Source of the DNA: a virus
DNA: 64,000 nucleotides
Strand: one strand, 5' to 3'
IMG/VR virus record: IMGVR_UViG_3300042013_000056
Span: 64,001-128,000 of that record
In this document: in pieces, positions 59,017 through 64,000 of the stretch
Numbering within the stretch: position 1 is the stretch's first letter
Layout of the letters: each line of letters opens with the position of its first letter
Notes under the pieces: generated by a model
What the model saw: only the letters and a program-made list of their open reading frames with translations
The model's database searches: none
What the model was told of the DNA's origin: nothing
Made by a program: the position numbers and the translations under genes

Positions 59017-59409
59017 TCACTTGTTAGTTAGTACCGCATAAGCTCGAACCACACCAAACAACACATACTTGATAACAGGGTTCACTTTGGAAACACCCAT
59101 TGCTTCAAGGAAGATGTAATCACCTTCTTTACGTGTACAAGTTCTGGTCGAACCATCTTTCAATGTAATGGTTTTGTAGTCGCACAGATAGTCGTGAACA
59201 ACAGCAGCTTTACCATAAGTTCCTGTTGGTGGAAATAACCACTTGAACCCTTTGGTTGTTGCAAAATCGGTCACAAATCCTTTTGGAACAATAACGCGGT
59301 CATCGCCTTCCAATTCTCCAATCACATACGTGAATTGTTTGTTGAGAATCCAAAGAGTCATTGCATCATTGAACGGCGAAACTTCTAGTACATCTGTATA
59401 GCTGCTCAT
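59017..59409 (-). CDS. DUF1353-family protein
   Basis: VPKGFVTDFA, AAVVHDYL, D..FLEAM. Confidence 0.85.
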   Translation of the reverse strand: MSSYTDVLEVSPFNDAMTLWILNKQFTYVIGELEGDDRVIVPKGFVTDFATTKGFKWLFPPTGTYGKAAVVHDYLCDYKTITLKDGSTRTCTRKEGDYIFLEAMGVSKVNPVIKYVLFGVVRAYAVLTNK

Positions 59410-59420
59410 CTGTTTTGTCC

Positions 59421-59753
59421 TTATAGACGTTCGAGGAAAATTTCTTCCTGATGCCTATGCAGACCATCCGTGTATAAATCAGCAAGCTCCTTTCTCAATG
59501 CGACTCGCAGCACGATATCTTTCGACGTGCCAACAATTGCATATGCAGCCCGCGACTTTTGATCAGCGGTCAGCTTGTTACCACGAATGAATTGCAGTTT
59601 GATACATTCCATATTCGGAAAGTATTTTTCAACGATCCATTCCATCAAACTTCGACTGAATGAAACGCGATGCAATTTGTTGGTTGCTGGGTCAAAGACA
59701 CCATAAACCAGATCGGAGGATTTGCAGTTACAACTAATGTTCTACACTTTCAT
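59421..59753 (-). CDS. 110-codon gene with in-frame TAG at codon 4 (amber read-through candidate or pseudogene)
   Basis: TAAGGT-7nt-ATG AAA GTG TAG AAC ATT..., in frame with the track ORF 59421-59675. Confidence 0.7.
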
Positions 59754-59771
59754 CGGTATTACCTTATTTAG

Positions 59772-60029
59772 TTACCATCTTGAATATGCAAGTTCACATG
59801 ATTGCGACCCTGCAACTAAGCGTTGATTTTTAATCAACACACAAATATCGGCTCTGGTGAACTTGTACGGCAAGATAGGTGATGACATATGGTCAGGTCG
59901 GTGGACCCACATTTCAACCATGTCAGAATCAACCGTATGCCACGACAGTTCACGCACACTACCATTGATAAGAAACATACCATTACAACGTCGCAACAGT
60001 ATGTCTATCAGTTCATTCATCGGGATCAT
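59772..60029 (-). CDS. hypothetical protein
   Basis: ATGA coupling to the endonuclease gene. Confidence 0.6.
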   Translation of the reverse strand: MIPMNELIDILLRRCNGMFLINGSVRELSWHTVDSDMVEMWVHRPDHMSSPILPYKFTRADICVLIKNQRLVAGSQSCELAYSRW

Positions 60030-60694
60030 TGAATTACCATCTTTCGCCCAAGTACCCACCCAGACGGCTCATATTCACCGAGTGTTGCTTTCGGTATCTT
60101 TTTATTGCCTAGGGTTGGGTGTGTTATCCAACAAGTTCCATATTGACTATTATCGGATGGCTTAGTATGTCTCGCACGCGCTTTTTCAGAAATCAACCGT
60201 TTGGTTTCTTCACGATGTGTTTTACCAGTCCAGTCATAGTCAATCTTCTGCGTATCACCAACATGGCGGAGTTTCTTTGCTTCTCGGAATCTTTCTTTAT
60301 TTGCGTCCGTGCTAGACCTAGCTCTGATCACTTTGGTCACAGCACCCCGATACTCAGGGTTTTCCCAATTCCGTTTAGCAATCTCCGATGACTGCCCACC
60401 TTCACCACCAAGCTTTAAATTCAAGCATTGTGGATCGGTTAACGTTTCTGGGTTGACTAGCTCTGATTCTCTCAAAGCCAATTCATCCCTTGATTCATGA
60501 TATTCCAAAATCTCAACACTATGGTTTTCCAGCCCATGTTTTCGAATCGAATATCGCAATCGTTTACCAGACCCAACATAACCATCGTTTAAATCGTCGG
60601 TTGAGTGCATACCGATGTAATATCGGTTTGATACAAGACATGTGGTCTTGTAGATGTAGTGAAATTTTCGTTTCTCTACTCGAACGTAAGTCAT
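60026..60694 (-). mobile_element. free-standing GIY-YIG homing endonuclease (Seg-like) with NUMOD3-like motif
   Basis: HYIYKTT...YYIGMH...YVGSG...LESEL; GKTHREETKRLIS; in the tRNA region like T4 segB. Confidence 0.88.
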
Positions 60695-60702
60695 TTTTGC
60701 AT

Positions 60703-60736
60703 ACCTGTATTTTGTTCATGAACACAGGTATTTATA
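60703..60736 (-). promoter_or_regulatory. perfect T4 late promoter TATAAATA overlapping an RBS-sequestering hairpin
   Basis: ATACCTGT...ACAGGTAT, with AGGT SD in the 3' arm. Confidence 0.75.
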
Positions 60737-60761
60737 TCAATTGATATGCAAAAATGGTCAA

Positions 60762-60837
60762 TGGTGCAGCCAACGGGACTCGAACCCGTGCTTGGAGAAT
60801 TTAGAGTTCCCTGCCTTGCCAACTTGGCTATGGCTGC
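60762..60837 (-). tRNA. amber suppressor tRNA (anticodon CUA)
   Basis: 76-nt canonical cloverleaf; anticodon arm GGGAA-CTCTAAA-TTCTC; TTCGAGT T-loop; A73; CCA. Confidence 0.9.
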
Positions 60838-60844
60838 TTTAATT

Positions 60845-60921
60845 TGGTGTGGCTGGTGGGAGTCGAACCCAACATCACCGGTGTCACAAACCAGTATTCT
60901 AACCATTAAACTACAACCACC
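60845..60921 (-). tRNA. tRNA-His(GUG) with encoded G-1
   Basis: loop TTGTGAC, GTTCGACTC, CCA. Confidence 0.9.
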
Positions 60922-60964
60922 ATCAAGCGTTGTTTGTGCTGCGTTGTTGCTGTGACGTGAAACA

Positions 60965-60996
60965 ATATTAGCACCAGTTCTGTTCGAAATAAACAT
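60965..60996 (-). promoter_or_regulatory. tRNA-cluster promoter AATGTTTATT-N17-TAATAT
   Basis: 21-bp identity AATGTTTATTTCGAACAGAAC with the promoter at 46043. Confidence 0.75.
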
Positions 60997-61352
60997 TCAT
61001 TCGTACAATTTTAGTGCTTCCTGCAATTCTCTTACCAGAGCCTCGGCTTTGTTAGCCCGCAAAGCCCACTGATGTCTGCTTAGAACCGTGCATGGAAGGC
61101 ATTCTGTAGGGCACCCCACTTCAAGCATTCTACCCGGCACACCAGCTTCTGGGTGAGGGTTCACCGACATCGGGAACCCGCATTTGTAACAGATCAATCT
61201 AGGATGCTGCCTACAAGGTCACCCACGCCGTCTAAGATCGACCACCATACAAACGCATCAACTGCATCACCGGCAACCTGTGCGGCGTTCACGTTGGACG
61301 TGGTAGGCTTCTGTTTGACCTTCGGTTCTTCTTTCTTTTCAGGTTCTGTCAT
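60997..61352 (-). CDS. two small genes (60997-61197 Cys-rich; 61194-61352, 52 aa, not in track)
   Basis: TTGA and ATGA couplings. Confidence 0.6.
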
Positions 61353-61855
61353 TTGCCTGTCCACGATGGGTCAATGTCATCGCCGTATTCTTCAACGATC
61401 ACGATCTTTCTGTCTGATATAAAGGACGTTGGCCCAAGCTCGATTTTCATATCACCGATGTCATACGACAGGGTGATGTGTGGAATGAAGCTAGGATGAT
61501 CCCACGTACCGCCGTGTTCTTTCATCAACTCACTATGACGGTTTGATAGAAAGCTACTTTCATATGCCAGTACCAATGCGTTCTTCCCGGATGCCGTCTT
61601 GAACACCTTTAAATCAAACTGATTTGTGTCTGAGGTTGGTGTGGTCAGGTACATCCCGAATGGAACATAATTTGGTAGGGGTTTACGACTATACAGCAAT
61701 GTGCTATGGAATTTTGCCGGATCAAGTCGATTCGGAAGATTCAGCATGTCTTGCATGATCATCAAATCACGCACCGTTAATGGATCAAAACGCACCCCGG
61801 CGTATGTTCCATGAATCCCTTCCATCAGGAAGGGAAGCATATCTCTAAAATTCAA
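61349..61855 (-). CDS. acb1: 2H phosphoesterase, anti-CBASS nuclease Acb1 (T4 gp57B-like)
   Basis: HSTLLYSR and PHITLSY HxT motifs; follows recalled T4 57B along its length. Confidence 0.88.
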   Translation of the reverse strand: MNFRDMLPFLMEGIHGTYAGVRFDPLTVRDLMIMQDMLNLPNRLDPAKFHSTLLYSRKPLPNYVPFGMYLTTPTSDTNQFDLKVFKTASGKNALVLAYESSFLSNRHSELMKEHGGTWDHPSFIPHITLSYDIGDMKIELGPTSFISDRKIVIVEEYGDDIDPSWTGK

Positions 61856-62731
61856 TTATTTCTTCCTGCCGACCCAACGACCTTCGGAATCCATAACAAG
61901 CGGTTCAAGTACAGGCATCGAATCGATGATTAAAGCTGTACCGATGATTGGGCGTTTGATGTTTACGTTGTTGTAGTTGAAAGCCAATGCATCGTCATCG
62001 ACCAGACAACCGGTCTGTAAGCCCCAGTACAAGCCTGTAGGATTACGCCAGTAGCTAACCTTAAAGGTTTCGTGATAGTGGCCCTGAACAGCGTTCATGC
62101 CCATCTGCTGGCTAAGTTGAATGACATCGCTCGACTTACCGTGATGGAAGTAGCAATTCTGACCATTTGGCAGTTTGATAGTAAGTTCAAATGACCATTT
62201 CCAGTTCGGACCCACACCAAGAACTTCGTTGTACGATTTGATGTAGTGTTTTGGAATTCCGTTGGTTTTTGCTTTACGCCATACCAGTGAGCCGTGGTTT
62301 GATTCAATGATGTCCATTTTCGGGAACATTTGATACAATTCAGCGATCACTGCTTGGCTTTGACGCAATTCATCACCGGCACTTGGCAGATCAGGGTCAT
62401 GGTCGTGGAAGCTCAACGCGTGTTTGTCAAGTTCATCGCCCATTGAGATAATTCGAGTCGGCTTGTATTTCTTTTTCAGATAAGCCAGAAACTCCAACAG
62501 GTCAGGGTGATGATACGGAATGTGCATATCACTGATGACTAAAATTCGATCATTGTTTTCCGTCGCTGCATCCAGCTTGCGGATGGCGAATTTTGTTCCA
62601 ACGGGTTTACCGAACTCTTTGCGTAGAAAGTCCGAGACTGTTGACTTTGGTTGCCCTACAGTTTCAGAAATACTGCGCCACGATAAGTTCTGTTTGGCTA
62701 ATTCAACAGCCTTCGATTTCCATTCTTGCAT
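61856..62731 (-). CDS. metallophosphoesterase with N-terminal HTH
   Basis: SWRSISETVGQPKSTVSD HTH; SDMH, GDELD, SNH, HHG, GHYH. Confidence 0.8.
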   Translation of the reverse strand: MQEWKSKAVELAKQNLSWRSISETVGQPKSTVSDFLRKEFGKPVGTKFAIRKLDAATENNDRILVISDMHIPYHHPDLLEFLAYLKKKYKPTRIISMGDELDKHALSFHDHDPDLPSAGDELRQSQAVIAELYQMFPKMDIIESNHGSLVWRKAKTNGIPKHYIKSYNEVLGVGPNWKWSFELTIKLPNGQNCYFHHGKSSDVIQLSQQMGMNAVQGHYHETFKVSYWRNPTGLYWGLQTGCLVDDDALAFNYNNVNIKRPIIGTALIIDSMPVLEPLVMDSEGRWVGRKK

Positions 62732-62772
62732 TAGTTATCTCGTTGAGAGGTTGGCCCGGTGGGCATCACACT

Positions 62773-62809
62773 TATTTACGGGCGTAAAAAAAGGGCCATT
62801 CGGCCCTTT
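62773..62809 (-). terminator. terminator followed by late-type TAAATA
   Basis: AAAGGGCC-GAAT-GGCCCTTTTTTT. Confidence 0.75.
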
Positions 62810-62823
62810 CATATGATTTTGCA

Positions 62824-63219
62824 TCAGCTACGTGCGATGGTTGAAGCCAGACTTTTATCAAACTGACCAGCGTAGTTGCCGTTGAGGTATTGCATTACCG
62901 CTGGGACACCGACCAAACCATTAGCTGTAATCAAATCACGGATTTGAGATTCACTAAGTTGTTTCGGCAAAAGTCCAGCGAGAACTTGGTTTTCGGTTTC
63001 AAGCTTTGGATTGGCACGGTGTTTCAGACTTTCATCGTTGGACTTGATCAGTTTCTTGACCGCATCAACAACTTGAGCTTCTGTGTAAACCTTGCCAGTA
63101 CGCTTTTCAACTGTTTCGATTTCACCCAAAAGCAGGTTGAGAATCGCAACTTCAATTGCGCGGGATGGGTCACGTCGGGCATCCAGTTTCTGGGCACCGA
63201 TTGTTTCAATCAAACTCAT
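62824..63219 (-). CDS. GatB/YqeY-domain protein
   Basis: VKKLIKS..ES...E..VL..LLPKQLSE..I...I. Confidence 0.8.
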   Translation of the reverse strand: MSLIETIGAQKLDARRDPSRAIEVAILNLLLGEIETVEKRTGKVYTEAQVVDAVKKLIKSNDESLKHRANPKLETENQVLAGLLPKQLSESQIRDLITANGLVGVPAVMQYLNGNYAGQFDKSLASTIARS

Positions 63220-63240
63220 TATGTAATACTCACTAATTAA

Positions 63241-63954
63241 TCAAAGTTCGTGTGAGATTTCCAACTTGTGGAATACAGCACGACTACCCTCATCGGGTGT
63301 GGTTGTGTCGGTTGGGTCTTCTTGGTTGTAAACACCAGCTTTCATGTACAGTTCACGAACACCCCAGCTAGGTTCGAACGCCAAGTCTAGTTTTCCATCA
63401 CGTCGTAGACCGGTTTTATCGGTGTAACTCGCATTGAAAATAACCTTCCCAGATTTGGTTACGTGGATAACGAATGTGAATCGAGCCCCAAGAGGGATAT
63501 CTTTCAACAAAGCGTAATCTACAGGATTCGTCTGATCGAATGCCTTACGGAATCCAACAGTCAGTTGACCAATACCGTCTGCTGCTTTATCAAAAGACAG
63601 TTTGACAGGTGGTCTAGTTGAATCTTTAACATGAATCTGACCAATAACAGTTTCGCCACCCTTTGGAACTTGATTAACAGTCATTGCTACACGCAGCCAA
63701 TGGTCACTGAAATCAGCGAACTTCCAATTATACGTGGCACCTTGAGCGGTTACTTCACGCAGTTCTGTGCGGGTACGACTTGTTGACTTGGATGATGCGC
63801 CCTTGGTAGGTGCCCATAGACGGATATCACCATTCGATTCAACTGAAAAGTATTCGTTCTGTGGGAAAGTACCCGGTGCATATGTAATACATTCATCACT
63901 ACCGGGGAACTTTGGTTCTGGGGTAGTGAGGTTAAGCAGATTTAACAGAATCAT
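63241..63954 (-). CDS. polysaccharide lyase family 7 (alginate lyase-like)
   Basis: RTELRE, QIH, YMKAGVYNQ. Confidence 0.88.
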   Translation of the reverse strand: MILLNLLNLTTPEPKFPGSDECITYAPGTFPQNEYFSVESNGDIRLWAPTKGASSKSTSRTRTELREVTAQGATYNWKFADFSDHWLRVAMTVNQVPKGGETVIGQIHVKDSTRPPVKLSFDKAADGIGQLTVGFRKAFDQTNPVDYALLKDIPLGARFTFVIHVTKSGKVIFNASYTDKTGLRRDGKLDLAFEPSWGVRELYMKAGVYNQEDPTDTTTPDEGSRAVFHKLEISHEL

Positions 63955-64000
63955 GAAAACACCTTTAAATTTTAGAAATTACAATCAAGGTATATTCATC

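Noticed and set aside
59764-59771. TAAATA before the amber gene as a late promoter
   Set aside because: Only 13 nt from the ATG, so a T4-type start would remove the SD; left unassigned
60691-60996. Track ORF of 101 aa
   Set aside because: Overlaps two tRNA genes and their promoter
2802-62337. TTSTATCAA as IHF (WATCAA-N4-TTR) or ANR/FNR (TTGAT-N4-ATCAA) sites
   Set aside because: The instances inspected lack the TTR or the second half-site
1-64000. Genome-wide TAG recoding (genetic code 15)
   Set aside because: All core genes are full length in code 11 with no internal TAG; only one clear in-frame TAG gene was found

Overview
64 kb segment of a T4-like (Straboviridae-related) myophage genome; a Pseudomonas-type host is inferred only from a PL7 alginate lyase and the tailspike types. 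Almost all genes are on the minus strand, except a plus-strand late cluster of five tailspike/adaptor genes (5488-14901). The window holds the T4 replication and transcription core (gp39/60, gp52, DexA, gp61, gp41, gp40, UvsX, gp43, RegA, gp62/44/45, RpbA-like, gp46/47, gp55, AsiA-like). It also holds RNA repair genes (Pnk, Rnl1, Rnl2), an NAD salvage pair (Nampt plus NadM-Nudix), NADAR, SLOG, Acb1, three MazG-like genes, two tandem T7 gp0.7-like kinases, a GIY-YIG homing endonuclease and four tRNAs. Four observations stand out. (1) A canonical amber-suppressor tRNA(CUA) lies about 1 kb from a gene with a good RBS and an in-frame TAG at codon 4, and none of about 105 credible genes checked ends in TAG. 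(2) A 9-mer, TTSTATCAA, occurs about 38 times against about 2 expected, in both orientations and all reading frames, yet only once in the tailspike cluster. (3) An identical SD-containing hairpin sits 3 nt before both NAD salvage start codons. (4) A family of phage promoters is recognisable, many with inverted repeats around the -10. All calls were made by eye from motifs and recalled family features; no database searches were run.
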